Source: Candidatus Marinacidobacterales bacterium (lineage in GTDB: Bacteria > Acidobacteriota > Vicinamibacteria > Marinacidobacterales > SMYC01). From it: DNA of 64,000 nt. Position numbers and translations under genes: made by a program. This document shows positions 20,377 to 30,191 of the stretch, piece after piece; the first letter of the stretch is position 1, and the number at the start of each line of letters is the position of its first letter. The notes beneath the pieces are model-generated. The model did no database searches. It saw only the letters and a program-made list of their open reading frames with translations, and was not told the origin of the DNA. The DNA is taken from assembly GCA_965237955.1 (NCBI GenBank), contig OZ250169.1, forward strand, positions 4,160,001 through 4,224,000. The letters run 5' to 3'.

Positions 20377-21462
20377 TGCCTTGGTGCACAACTCCGATAG
20401 AGGCCGAGAGCTCGCTTGGCCCCGACTCCCATCATCCGATCATCTCGCTATCAGGCATCCCGAGCGCCGTCATGGTGTTCAGAATCTTGCACCCGATCCT
20501 TGCCTCGACTCTCTGTGCCGCCAACCCTCTCGCTCGCATCGCTGAGCCCACGATAGCCTTGTAGCGATGGAACGTTGTCTCGACTTTGCTCCGTTTGCTG
20601 TAGCCCGATTCTGTGTGCCACTTTCGTTTGCCGAGCCGAGCTTGTGCTGCAATGTTGCGATTGCGCTGTCGGCTGCTCGCCGGCCCCGATGCGAGCTGGG
20701 CGCCCTTGCGCGGCGGTATCAGCACCCTCGGCGAGCAATGAGCGCTGTGATTCTCGATTGCCTCATAGACACCGCCGGCGTCGTATGCGGTGTCAGCTCT
20801 GGCCGATGAGATGGGACTGTCGATCTGTCCGACAAGCGATGCAACCCGCGATGAATCGCGGGCTCTTTTGCTCGTCAGCTCGCCTGCGACGACTTCGCCA
20901 CTCTGCTCGTCGACACACAGATGGAGCTTGCGATAGTCCCGGCTCTTTGGTGCTCTGCGCAGCTGGCCGGCGTGGACAGCGAGACCGCTGCTGTCGATCA
21001 AGATGTGCAACGGCGTCTTCTGCTTGTCTTGGTAGAAGGGGACCTTACCCAGCTTCGCCTTGCGCCTCGAGATCGTGGTGTGATCGGGCACATCATTGTC
21101 TAGCTTCATCAGAGCGAACAACGATCGCAGCAATCCCTCGCTCTGCCTAGATGACAGATGAAACACCATGCCCAGGGTGACAGCCGTCTCGATGGCGTGG
21201 TTCGAGTACTTGCGTTGACGGCCCGGTTTCCTCCTCCTCGGCCGGGGCGCGTCCCAGTTCACAAGCTTGCCGGCGGTGAGCGAGATCCAGACGGTCAGGC
21301 TCCCACTGTTGCGTAGACCCGCCTCATATTCACGCCAATTCCTCACGCGATAGGCCTTCTTCACATACTTCCGCTGAGTGCGTTTGAAAATGCTCATGGG
21401 AACCTCGAATCCGTGAGTAAAGGACAATTGTGGACCGAGATCGCGAGTTGTGCACCAAGGCA
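20377..21462 (-). mobile_element. IS5-family (IS903-like) element, copy 1, intact
   Basis: Terminal inverted repeat TGCCTTGGTGCACAACTC...GAGTTGTGCACCAAGGCA; the two flanks belong to different genes and no target duplication is seen. Confidence 0.9.
20432..21397 (-). CDS. IS5-family transposase
   Basis: YRVRNWREYEAGL, VPDHTTISRR, IDSSGL, ADTAYD and RSKVET motifs; 321 aa from ATG 21397. Confidence 0.92.
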   Translation of the reverse strand: MSIFKRTQRKYVKKAYRVRNWREYEAGLRNSGSLTVWISLTAGKLVNWDAPRPRRRKPGRQRKYSNHAIETAVTLGMVFHLSSRQSEGLLRSLFALMKLDNDVPDHTTISRRKAKLGKVPFYQDKQKTPLHILIDSSGLAVHAGQLRRAPKSRDYRKLHLCVDEQSGEVVAGELTSKRARDSSRVASLVGQIDSPISSARADTAYDAGGVYEAIENHSAHCSPRVLIPPRKGAQLASGPASSRQRNRNIAAQARLGKRKWHTESGYSKRSKVETTFHRYKAIVGSAMRARGLAAQRVEARIGCKILNTMTALGMPDSEMIG

Positions 21463-21755
21463 GCCGAGAGACGCCGTTTCGCTTCGACAACGGGACGAAC
21501 ACCTGGATCGAGGGTTCGCTTTTTTTCAACGAGTGGGAGTCCTCCCGGATCCCGGTGAGCGCGACGATCACTCACTTCGCCGAGGAGTTTCTCGACGCCA
21601 ACCATGAGCTCAAGTTCGGCGTCCAGTTCGTGCGCGCATCAAGCGAAGGTATCGACGGCGTGCCGGGAGGCGTCCAGTATTTCGATTTCGACGGTGCGCC
21701 CGATAGAGCGTCGTTTCAGGATACCTCTATCTCGAAATCGACCGTGCGCACCGTG
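21463..21755 (+). pseudogene. Internal fragment of a TonB-dependent (Oar-like) receptor
   Basis: SATITHFAEEFLDANHELKFGVQF resembles the HxxKxG barrel strand of these receptors. Confidence 0.55.
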
Positions 21756-22135
21756 GGCAGCCGCGTGGTGAGTCCCGCCTGCATCGCCGGCGTCCGAATC
21801 TCACGTCCAAACTTCAGAGCTCCGTGCGGCCGGATGAAGTAATAGCAACGCAGCAACTCCAGGTGCTCTTCGAGCCTCTCCTTCGAGCGCGCGTGGCAGA
21901 GTGTGCGCCTGAGAAGATATGCCGAGCTTTGCCGTATGGTCAGATTCAGCCGCTCAACGAACGACGTGTTCAATGTAGAAGAGCCCTCGGAGTTATTGAG
22001 CGCTTCCTCAAATCGCCACGCCGCCCCGTACACCGATCTTCGTTCGACCTTCACGACACGATCATTCCTGCGCGTCTTGAGGACTTGGCCGTAGAGACAC
22101 GCTGGCCCGAAGACGCGACGGACAACCTTCTACCA
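21756..22135 (-). pseudogene. IS1-family-like transposase C-terminal fragment
   Basis: NTSFVERLNLTIRQ...IRPHGAL...TPAMQAGLT motifs. Confidence 0.65.
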
Positions 22136-22150
22136 CGAAGACCGATGCCA

Positions 22151-22901
22151 CGGTGATCCTCGACGATGACCGAACGCATCTAGTCAAAAAGGAGCTCTTT
22201 GGGAACTCCTCCAAAAAATAGGAAGGCCTGCTCAAGCCCCGCGAACAACGTCCGCATGTCCTGTCGCTTGAAAAACCGAAGCCATAGCAGCCTCGAGTAT
22301 CCGAGCACCACGAGAAGTGCCCACCGACGACCCCATGGCAAACGAAAGTGTGCAAAATCGACCTGAGCTTGGTGGCCTGGTGGGGTCTCGAAACGCACCA
22401 GCGGCTCCGCCGGTGGCTGTGGGCGAATCTGCCGCACGTACTCCTTGACCTGCGTGTAGCCGCCTTCATAGCCCGCGGCACGGATCTCATCATGCAGGCG
22501 TACTGAACTCAGCTCCGGGAACTCGTGCAGGCGCGAATGAAGGATCTCCCGGTACGGGTCGATCCTGCGCTCGATCCGCGGACGCTTCTTGTAGCGCACC
22601 GTTTCCTCGTCCAACTCTCGGTCCAGTTGACCCGTCTTTATCCAGTGGTGGACCGTTCGGCGGCTGATTCCTAGCTTGTCTGCTAGCGCCGCCTTCTTGA
22701 TTCCCTGCTCCAAATACTCTCGTAGTAACACTCGTTTCTCCCTTCCGTACATCGGCGCCTCCACTCCGGAAACGCCATTCTGATTGAAGGCGCGCCGTCA
22801 TGTCTGGCACTCCAGACACACGACAACGGCCTCCTTTTACGGATGGCCGAGTGTGCAATTTTCGTCCGCCATAAGTGTGCAATTTACGCCCGCCGCTAAC
22901 A
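22151..22901 (-). mobile_element. Truncated copy of IS21 type B (left end plus 5' istA with premature TAG)
   Basis: Near-identical to the reverse complement of 39035-39785; CAG>TAG at 22180-22182. Confidence 0.9.
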
Positions 22902-22944
22902 GTCGGTGAGAACGAACCCCCACGCCCTTATTCAAATCCAAGCG

Positions 22945-23260
22945 GCGAGAGTTGACTGCCCTCTCAGTCCGCTTCGCGCCATTCGTAACGGTGGTGGAGT
23001 CCGCCCCACACGCGGTAGCGCAACCACCTGTGCTATAGGTGACGGTCGCGGCATGATTACTCTTGCGTTCGGTGTGTCTTTCTTGAGTCCCAAGCTTCAC
23101 CACGTTGTTGTGATCCAGGAGCGTTCCCGTCGAGGACGTGAAGAGGTAAGAGCTCTCCCGGATGATCGACTCGTTCAGCCAAATGTGACTCGTGAGGAGC
23201 TTGACGGTGTTGATGGAGAGATCCACCGTCCGCGTTTCATCCGTTTTCGTCCCTTTGATG
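22945..23260 (-). pseudogene. Fused remnants of a phage-integrase fragment and an rve-IS transposase C-terminus
   Basis: KGTKTDETRTVDLS...YLFTSSTGTLLDHNNV joined to LGLKKDTP...LPRVGGLHHRYEW*. Confidence 0.55.
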
Positions 23261-23269
23261 GAACGGTCG

Positions 23270-23529
23270 TGGATGGACACCGTCGACTTCGCACTGATCG
23301 TCTCCATGGGAGTCCTGGCCGTGGGAGGGCACTTTGGCATCACTCTGGCCTTCCAGAGAGCCCCGTTTCCGTCGTTGCTCCTTTCGAGTACTCGTCGCTG
23401 GTTTGGGCTACACTCCTGGCCTTCACCGAGTTTGGTGATTTTCCGAAACGGGCCGTCTGGGTAGCCATCATCGTTGGCGCCGGACTCTACACGGTTCACC
23501 GCGAAAGCTCTTGCAACAGGAGGTACGAA
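23270..23529 (+). pseudogene. DMT/EamA transporter C-terminal fragment
   Basis: GHFGITLAFQRAP/VSVVAPFEYSSLVWATLL...IIVGAGLYTVHRE with a frameshift. Confidence 0.7.
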
Positions 23530-24690
23530 ATGATCGACACACACAAGACCCTCTTCACCGCCGCGCTTTTCCTCGTGGCTTTCTCTGTAAGCGCTCAAGA
23601 GAGACAACTCGACGCCACAGAGCGCCTTCTAGCCGAGCTGACCAATGCCCACGGCGTTCCCGGATTCGAGAGTGAAGTCAGACACATACTCCGGAGAGAG
23701 TGGCAAGGCCTGCTCTCGAACCTTCACACCGACGGGATCGGCAACTTACTCGGCTCTCTTGCGGGCTCATCGGGTTCTCCCCGGGTGCTCGTCATGGCCC
23801 ACATGGACGAAGTGGGTTTTCTCGTCCGACACATCGACGAGCAAGGCTTCATCTACTTCCACAACGTGGGCGGCTACTTCGCCCAGAGTCTCTTGACCCA
23901 ACGTCTGTCCATCCTGACCGCGAACGGACCCGTCCTCGGGTATACCGGGATGAAGTCAGGACATATCTTGAGACCCGACGAGCGCAATCGGATGATCCCC
24001 CTCGAGCGGATGTTCATCGACGTGGGTGCGCGAAGCCGGGAGGAAGCCCAAGGCATGGGAATCCGGCCCGGGCTTCCTATTACCTACGCCACCGAGTTCG
24101 AGGTCTTGAACGGGACGGGACGCTATCTCGCCAAAGCTTGGGACGACCGGGTAGGCCTTGCCGTCATCACCGAGGCGCTTCGCGAGCTGAGAGACGCCTC
24201 TCACCCGAACGAGGTTCACGTCGCCGCAACGGTTCAGGAGGAGATCGGGCTCAGGGGTGCCGCTGTCGTGGAAGCGAGCACCCACCCCCACATCGTGATC
24301 AATCTGGAGATCGGAATCGCCAGCGACTTCCCTCTCATGACGTCGCCTACACTCTCCCAAGAAGCTCTCGGGAAGGGCCCCGGCATCTTCGTCTACGACC
24401 GGAGCATGATTCCGAACAACAACTTCGTGGAGTGGATCATCGAAGTGGCCAAGGAGAGCAACATTCCCATTCAGTTCGAGTCGGTCTCGGGATACGGAGA
24501 GGACGCCTCCGTGCTCCAGCGCTCGGCCCAGGGCATTCCCGCTGTCAACATCGGTATTCCCACCCGATACGGGCACAGCCAGTCCGGCGTCATCGCCCGG
24601 CGGGATTACGACAACACGGTGAAGCTCGTGGTGGCAATGATCGAGAAGCTATCAACAGCCGAGGTGGAGTCCATCCGAAGCTTCGACTAG
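23530..24690 (+). CDS. M42 family metallopeptidase with signal peptide
   Basis: GVPGFE, MAHMDEVG, KAWDDRVG, TVQEEIGLRGA and PTRYGHS; ATG 23530 follows GGAGG. Confidence 0.9.
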   Translation: MIDTHKTLFTAALFLVAFSVSAQERQLDATERLLAELTNAHGVPGFESEVRHILRREWQGLLSNLHTDGIGNLLGSLAGSSGSPRVLVMAHMDEVGFLVRHIDEQGFIYFHNVGGYFAQSLLTQRLSILTANGPVLGYTGMKSGHILRPDERNRMIPLERMFIDVGARSREEAQGMGIRPGLPITYATEFEVLNGTGRYLAKAWDDRVGLAVITEALRELRDASHPNEVHVAATVQEEIGLRGAAVVEASTHPHIVINLEIGIASDFPLMTSPTLSQEALGKGPGIFVYDRSMIPNNNFVEWIIEVAKESNIPIQFESVSGYGEDASVLQRSAQGIPAVNIGIPTRYGHSQSGVIARRDYDNTVKLVVAMIEKLSTAEVESIRSFD

Positions 24691-24885
24691 GGAACTTGCC
24701 CGTGATGAGAGCTCTACCCCTCATTTTCGTTGCCACGGTGTGTTCGGGTCAGGATTTCGCCGTACAACGCCGTAGTACTCCGCACCCGCGAGATGCTCTC
24801 GAAGCTCAGTTACTCTCATGGCTCTCTCTCGGTATCACGCCCCCGGTTAACCTGACTCCCCCAGCTCTCTTTTGGTGTCGGCAAT

Positions 24886-25923
24886 TTGGTGTTCGATGAC
24901 TTCCAGCCCGGCTTCTCCAGGGGTTCAGCCGCCGGACACTTTGGCGAAATAAAATCCTGCATTGGGAGGAGTCCTCAATCGTGGTTTACAACGGTTCTTC
25001 ACCTTCAGACGGCGTTCCGGAACTTCTTCGCTAACAGAGCCCGCTATCCGCGATTCAAGAGAAAGGGGGTACATGAGAGATTCTATATCGGCAACGATCA
25101 CGTGAAGCTCGACGGCAAGCGTATCTGGATCCCAAAGCTCGGGTGGGTACGGATGCGAGAAGAGCTACGTTTCCGAGGCTCGGTGGTCTCGGCGGTGGTA
25201 TCGCGGACGGCGGACAAGTGGTTTGTGAGCCTGGCGGTGGAGCTCGAAAAGATGCCTCAGCGTTGCAAGAGCCAAGCAGCGGTGGGTGTGGATTTGGGTA
25301 TAAACCGTCTGGCGACCTTGTCCACCTTGTCTGGCGCGGAGAAAATCGAAGGGCCGAAGCCCCTGCGGCGAGAGCTCAAAAACCTTCGGCGAAGTTCCCG
25401 GCGTTTGTCTCGTAAACAGAAAGGGTCGAAAACCCGCGAGAATGCTCGGTTGACGCTGGCCCGGCTTCATTACCGTTTACGCTGCATCCGTGAAGACGCC
25501 TTGCACAAGCTGAGCACGTACCTGACGAACAACTATGCGGCGATCGCCCTCGAGGATTTGAATGTGAAAGGCATGTTGTCGAACCGTCGTCTCTCTCGGG
25601 CCATCGCCGACATGGGGTTCTATGAACTCCGTCGGCAGCTCGAGTACAAGGCCGTGCTGCGAGGAAATCACATCGAGGTGGTGGACCGCTGGTTTCCCTC
25701 GTCAAAGATGTGCTCGGCGTGCGGCGAGGTGAAGAAAGCTCTTCCTTTGAGCGTACGGAGCTTCCGATGTGAAGCGTGTGGCTCGACGCTCGACCGAGAC
25801 GAGAATGCGGCGAGGAATCTTTTGCGTACGGTGAGCTCCACCGGAACTGAAGCCTGTGGAGAGGGAGGCTCTGGCTCCAGCATACGCTGTAGCGAAACCA
25901 TCCTCTGCGAAGCAGGAACCTAG
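24886..25923 (+). CDS. tnpB: TnpB RNA-guided endonuclease (IS607/IS605 type), N-terminally truncated
   Basis: YPRFKRK, RuvC-I VGVDLG, RuvC-II IALEDL, zinc finger CSACG/CEACG, RuvC-III DRDENAA. Homology appears to start only near 25000 and no adjacent tnpA is present. Confidence 0.85.
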   Translation: MVFDDFQPGFSRGSAAGHFGEIKSCIGRSPQSWFTTVLHLQTAFRNFFANRARYPRFKRKGVHERFYIGNDHVKLDGKRIWIPKLGWVRMREELRFRGSVVSAVVSRTADKWFVSLAVELEKMPQRCKSQAAVGVDLGINRLATLSTLSGAEKIEGPKPLRRELKNLRRSSRRLSRKQKGSKTRENARLTLARLHYRLRCIREDALHKLSTYLTNNYAAIALEDLNVKGMLSNRRLSRAIADMGFYELRRQLEYKAVLRGNHIEVVDRWFPSSKMCSACGEVKKALPLSVRSFRCEACGSTLDRDENAARNLLRTVSSTGTEACGEGGSGSSIRCSETILCEAGT

Positions 25924-25957
25924 GCCTGATCAGATTTGATCAGGTTTTGGAGAGCGG
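25828..25957 (+). ncRNA. Putative TnpB omegaRNA/reRNA scaffold and IS607-like right end
   Basis: Overlaps the tnpB 3' end; GCCTGTGGAG...GAAGCAGGAA, hairpin CCTGATCA-GATT-TGATCAGG, ending GAGAGCGG, as I recall for IS607 right ends. Confidence 0.55.
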
Positions 25958-25995
25958 TGTGACTGTATCCGTAGGCTTCCAATCTCCCCACAAAG

Positions 25996-26133
25996 AGGCG
26001 GTCTGAACCGCTTTCACGCGCCCCTACCCTTCTGATATCCTCGACGAGCCTCACCAACCCGGATTAGCCCATGCAAGCCGAGGAAATTGGAGGGACACGC
26101 TTCACGATGCGCTATGGAATTTCCTATCCCTCC
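25996..26133. repeat. 138-bp dispersed direct repeat, copy 1
   Basis: Matches 32506-32643 with 2 mismatches. Confidence 0.9.
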
Positions 26134-26229
26134 TCCGAGACGGCCTTGACGTCGTCGTAGTAGGTCTCGAATAGCTGATAGAGAGGGCTCGCTCGAGCGT
26201 TGCGCGGTCGGTAGAGAGAAGGTGGCTCA

Positions 26230-26600
26230 AGGGTGTGGCACGCGGTGCCCATAGGCGAAACACTTTTTCAATCCAGTAGTATCCTGCTTCGACCAGCTCT
26301 TTCTCGGGCAAGCGCTAGAGCGCCTCCGCCTTGCGCACTTCGTCACGATCGTAGGGACCGATGCAAAAGATCGTGTCGTACCCATCGAACGCCTTCTTGT
26401 TGTATTGAAAATGAATGCTCCCCACTCCGTGAAACAGGTGCACGTAATTCACCGGATTCCGGCTTCGCTTCACGGGGTAGAGATCGAGATCCGGCATGGT
26501 CATGACGAGCACGCGTCCGTCCAGTCTCTGAAGCGCGGAAGCGAGAAGGTGATGGATGTAGAAAACTTTGATTCTGGAGTTGGCCGCAATTGAGCCGACA
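26230..26600 (-). pseudogene. CDP-glycerol glycerophosphotransferase-like fragment
   Basis: VMTMPDLD...YVHLFHGVGS...FDGYDTIFCIGP...EAL*RLPEKELVEAGY with an in-frame TAG at 26315. Confidence 0.6.
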
Positions 26601-26760
26601 GATACAGGTAGGATCGCGAGAGATGCGCGATAAAGGGAGGGGCCTGTTGGTATGTGGACACGCCTCCCGGTGCGGGCGGATAGGGAGCCGCCTCTTAAAG
26701 GGAAGCGTAAGTGGCTAGCGCCGGCCTTGTCCGGTGCAAGAAGCGTGCAGTCGGTTAGCT

Positions 26761-27449
26761 CTATGGACGGCGCCGTGTGAGTCCGAACGCGGCTAGTCCC
26801 ATCAAGAGCATGGCGAGCGTGGCCGGCTCCGGAGCCGTTCGTATCGTCGAGATGGCTCCAACGGCGTCGATGTCCGCTCCAACGCTCAGACCGCCGGTCG
26901 CGCCCTCCATCGGATCGTCCCTCAAGCGCACGAAGCGGAACAGGTCCGAGGAGCCGAAACCAAAAGCATCGATGTCGATTCCGCCGGTCGTGCCGAAGAC
27001 ACTGCCGACACCGAACCAGGCGACGCCATCCATGCTGATCTCGACGAACGTATCTTCGATATCGGGCCCCACTTCGAAGATCCAGAGATCGAGGTCTGCG
27101 CTGTCGCTACCGGTGAGAAGGTTATCGGTGAACTCGAGCGCGAGCCGTCCACCGCTTCCGAGTGATACGAACGGACAATCAGCGGGAATGCCAACACAGG
27201 CTCCTATGGTGTATCGCCCGGTACTTCGGGAACTCCCAGGGCATTCGTTGGCTCGCTGTTCGCGGCACTCGGGACGGCCCCGCCACCAAACGACGGGTCA
27301 TAGTCGAAGACGGAATCGGCGAACGAAACGGCACCTTCGGGGAAATCGACGCCGCCAATCAGGACCGCGCTCGCGTTGGTCGGTACGACGAGCAAAACTG
27401 CCCCCAACATGGCGACCGAAAGCCAATAGACCGGATTTGTTCGCGTCAT
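26761..27449 (-). pseudogene. PEP-CTERM sorting-domain protein, frameshifted near 27200
   Basis: Signal peptide (27204..27449 frame) and C-terminal APEPATLAMLLMGLAAFGLTRRRP. Confidence 0.8.
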
Positions 27450-27478
27450 GAGCTACCTCCAGAATGGCTTGATCCATA

Positions 27479-27575
27479 TGCAAGGTGCGTTCCTGAACCG
27501 GTAACGCGTTTCTCTCCAGGGTTTGCTGGAACGACTTCACGTTGCGCTTTGACAAACTCGTAAAACTTGCCGACA
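27479..27575 (-). promoter_or_regulatory. Sigma54 promoter and upstream enhancer-like box of the PEP-CTERM gene
   Basis: Minus strand AGGAACGCACCTTGCA (GG-N10-GC, 27479-27494) and TGTCGGCAAGTTTTACG (27559-27575). Confidence 0.55.
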
Positions 27576-27759
27576 GACCTCTGAGATTCCAACCTCTCTT
27601 CGACGTGGCATTGTTCGTCGATCTGCTTGTTGCTTAGATCTTTGCGAATCGAGGAGCCGGAACTATACGGAGCGTAAGGAAACCGGACACCCTGGCGCGG
27701 GAGGCGTCGCGCCGATCCCGTTAGCCTCCCGATGAACGTTACTACTGAGCGCGTGCGCT

Positions 27760-28316
27760 CCATCGCCTAAAGGCGATGGGTTCACGTCGCCGACTAAAGT
27801 CGGCTTGTCCTTGCCTCGTTTCACTACTCGCTAACCTTGAAAGAATCGTCGTCCTGGGGCACGGCACCTTGCAACTCTATATACTTCGCTATCACCTCAT
27901 CCGTCACGTTGCCCGTCGTCACCACGAAGTAACCCCGTGCCCATAGGTGCCGACCCCAGAACTCCTTCCGCATCGTCCGAAAGTCTCGCATCAGACGATT
28001 CGACGTCTTACCCTTGATCAACTGCATCACTCGACTCGGCGACAAATTCGGCGGCACGCTCAGTAACAGATGCACGTGCTCAGGCCGCACATGACCCTTC
28101 AGTATTTCTATCTGGTTCCGAGCACAGATCTCCCGGATGAGATCCCGGAGACGAACCGTTACATCCCCTCTCAAGGCCGGCTTGCGGTACTTCGTGATAA
28201 ATACGAAGTGATAGTTTAACTGGTACGTCGTGTGCGATGATTTACGATATCCTTTCACCTGGGGATCGTACCCCAAGCCTCCTAAAGGCTTCGCCTAAAG
28301 GCGAGGGATTTCAACC
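27760..28316. mobile_element. IS200/IS605-family element (tnpA only)
   Basis: Hairpin TCGCCTAAAGGCGA at both ends, a second hairpin CCGACTAAAGTCGG, and TTCAAC near 28311. Confidence 0.7.
27824..28276 (-). CDS. tnpA: IS200/IS605 Y1 (HUH) transposase
   Basis: YHFVFITKYRK, HVH (PEHVHLL), LWARGYF and YIELQ motifs. Confidence 0.93.
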   Translation of the reverse strand: MGYDPQVKGYRKSSHTTYQLNYHFVFITKYRKPALRGDVTVRLRDLIREICARNQIEILKGHVRPEHVHLLLSVPPNLSPSRVMQLIKGKTSNRLMRDFRTMRKEFWGRHLWARGYFVVTTGNVTDEVIAKYIELQGAVPQDDDSFKVSE

Positions 28317-28398
28317 ATCCCCGAGTGAGACATTAACGTTCAGGTGCTCGAGCGCGGCCAGCGCTCGGTGATTTGAGGCATCATAGAATTCCCTTGTT

Positions 28399-28566
28399 AT
28401 GACGAAGCCGCACTCACCGGGGACATCAGTGGTCTGCTGCGAAGGTGGAGTGATGGCGACGACGATGTCCTCGATGAGCTGACCCCTCTCGTTTACACCG
28501 AGCTTCGCCGAATGGCTCGGGGGTTTTTGCGGTTCGAGAGGCCCGGCCACACGCTGCAACCCACGG
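28399..28566 (+). pseudogene. ECF sigma factor 5' fragment cut by IS insertion
   Basis: GDISGLLRRWSDGDDDVLDELTPLVYTELRRMARGFLRFERPGHTLQPT, a paralog of 11726..12301; ends exactly at the IS terminus. Confidence 0.8.
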
Positions 28567-29007
28567 TGTCCCTCATCAATATTGATCCGGACGGGACCTA
28601 GGCCTACGCGGCCCGGCGACGACCGAGGAACGCCGGGTCGACACGTGCGAGCAGTGCCCGGGATCGCACGACCGGCGGGTTCAGACGGTTGAGGACGCGG
28701 TTGTTGAGGGATCCAGCCAGCGACGCGCGGCGACGAGAACCTCCTTACGCAGCGTCCCGCCACTCGTAGCGGTGGTGCAGTCCGCCCACGCGCGGCATGG
28801 CAACCACCTTAGCCGTTGGTGACGGTCGCGGGGTGACGGCTCTTACGTTGGGTGTGTCTTTGGCCAGTCCCAAGTGACATCGGTCTTCGTGATAGTAGGT
28901 GATTTATGCCGAGTACCGGATTATGCCGCGTAGAGGTGGTGCGCGTTGGATCGATGCACGGTTGGCGCTGGTTTTGCGCGGTTGAAGGCATTCTCTACGC
29001 GGCATAA

Positions 29008-29997
29008 TCAAAGGCTCTCCAAGAAGGCGAGTAGCTGGTCCTGAGGGCGGAAGCGTCCAGGCCTTGTATTGGGCAGAGCGGTCTTTGCGAGCGCACGTTC
29101 CTTGATGGCGAGATCTGCGTGCAGATAGATCTGGGTGGTCTCGACAGATTCGTGCCCAAGCCAAAGGGCGATGACGCTGGTGTCGACCCCAGCCTCGAGG
29201 AGCTGAACGGCGGTGGTGTGGCGCAGGACGTGGGGGGATACGTTTTTGTTGATGAGAGCCGGGCACTTCTTGCAAGCGGCGGCGGCGTGCTTTTTGACGA
29301 GCCGTTCGACGGCGTCGCGGCTCAGGACGCCGCCGCGACGGCTGGGGAACAGCGGCTCAGCTGGAGTTGCACGTTGTTGCTTAATCCAGTTTCGGAGAAC
29401 CGCGACTGTCTGAGAAGTGAGAGGCGTAGAACGTTGCTTACGGCGCTTGCCTCGACAGCGGACGTGAGCAACAGATTCAAGAGAGATATCTTCGCACTTC
29501 AGCTGGATGAGCTCCGAGACACGAAGTCCGGTTTGGATCATCGTGAGCAGGAGCGCATGGTCTCGGCATCCGATCCAACAGTTTCTATCGGGAGCTTCGA
29601 GTAGGGCATCGATCTCGGTGCGGTTCAAGAAGCAGACGAGGTTTTTGTCAAAGCGCTTATGCGGGATGGCGAGGACGCGTTGAATGAGGGCGCCATGGGC
29701 CGGCTCTCTTAACGCGATGAAGCGGAAAAAGGAGTGGATGGCGGCGAGGCGAGTGTTGCGAGTTCCGACGCTATTGTTCCGTTCCGTTTCCAGGTGATCG
29801 AGAAACGAGGCAACGAAAGGAGCATCGATATCGGTGAGGAGTAGCGCGGAGGGTGCTTTGAGGAGATGTTTTTCGGCGAAGGTGAGGAGGAGGCGAAAAG
29901 TGTCGCGATAAGAAGCGATGGTGTTGGGGCTAGCCTGCTGTTGCCGGAGTAGTCGATCGAGAAAAAGCGCTTCGAGCAAAGGCGAGAGAGTGGTCAT
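29008..29997 (-). CDS. Tyrosine recombinase RitC
   Basis: SPNTIASYRD, TGLRVSE, HVLRHT and LGHESVETTQIY; complete. Confidence 0.9.
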   Translation of the reverse strand: MTTLSPLLEALFLDRLLRQQQASPNTIASYRDTFRLLLTFAEKHLLKAPSALLLTDIDAPFVASFLDHLETERNNSVGTRNTRLAAIHSFFRFIALREPAHGALIQRVLAIPHKRFDKNLVCFLNRTEIDALLEAPDRNCWIGCRDHALLLTMIQTGLRVSELIQLKCEDISLESVAHVRCRGKRRKQRSTPLTSQTVAVLRNWIKQQRATPAEPLFPSRRGGVLSRDAVERLVKKHAAAACKKCPALINKNVSPHVLRHTTAVQLLEAGVDTSVIALWLGHESVETTQIYLHADLAIKERALAKTALPNTRPGRFRPQDQLLAFLESL

Positions 29998-30191
29998 GGC
30001 AGTTTCTCCATAGCGCGTTCGAGTCGTTTTCCGGCAAGCGCCATCAGATCAGGAGTAGCGGTCAGATACCAGTAGGTTGATGTTGGACTGACATGACCGA
30101 GGTAGGTCGACAAAGAAGGCAGTCTCGGCTCGACGTCTAAACCGGCTTCGTACCAGCGGCGAATCGTCTTGACTGCGAACGAGTGGCGTAG
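29994..30191 (-). pseudogene. RitB C-terminal remnant
   Basis: Manual translation LRHSFAVKTIRRWY...LSTYLGHVSPTSTYWYLTATPDLM...EKLP*; ATGA overlap with ritC. Confidence 0.8.

Noticed and set aside
22906-23529. N-terminal extension or transporter fusion on the M42 peptidase (594-aa ORF)
   Set aside because: Open frame through IS, integrase and DMT debris; the peptidase has its own RBS, ATG (23530) and signal peptide.
24886-28316. tnpB plus tnpA as one IS605 element or a Cas12-like system
   Set aside because: They are separated by unrelated genes and each has its own ends; the tnpB end looks IS607-like and there is no repeat array.
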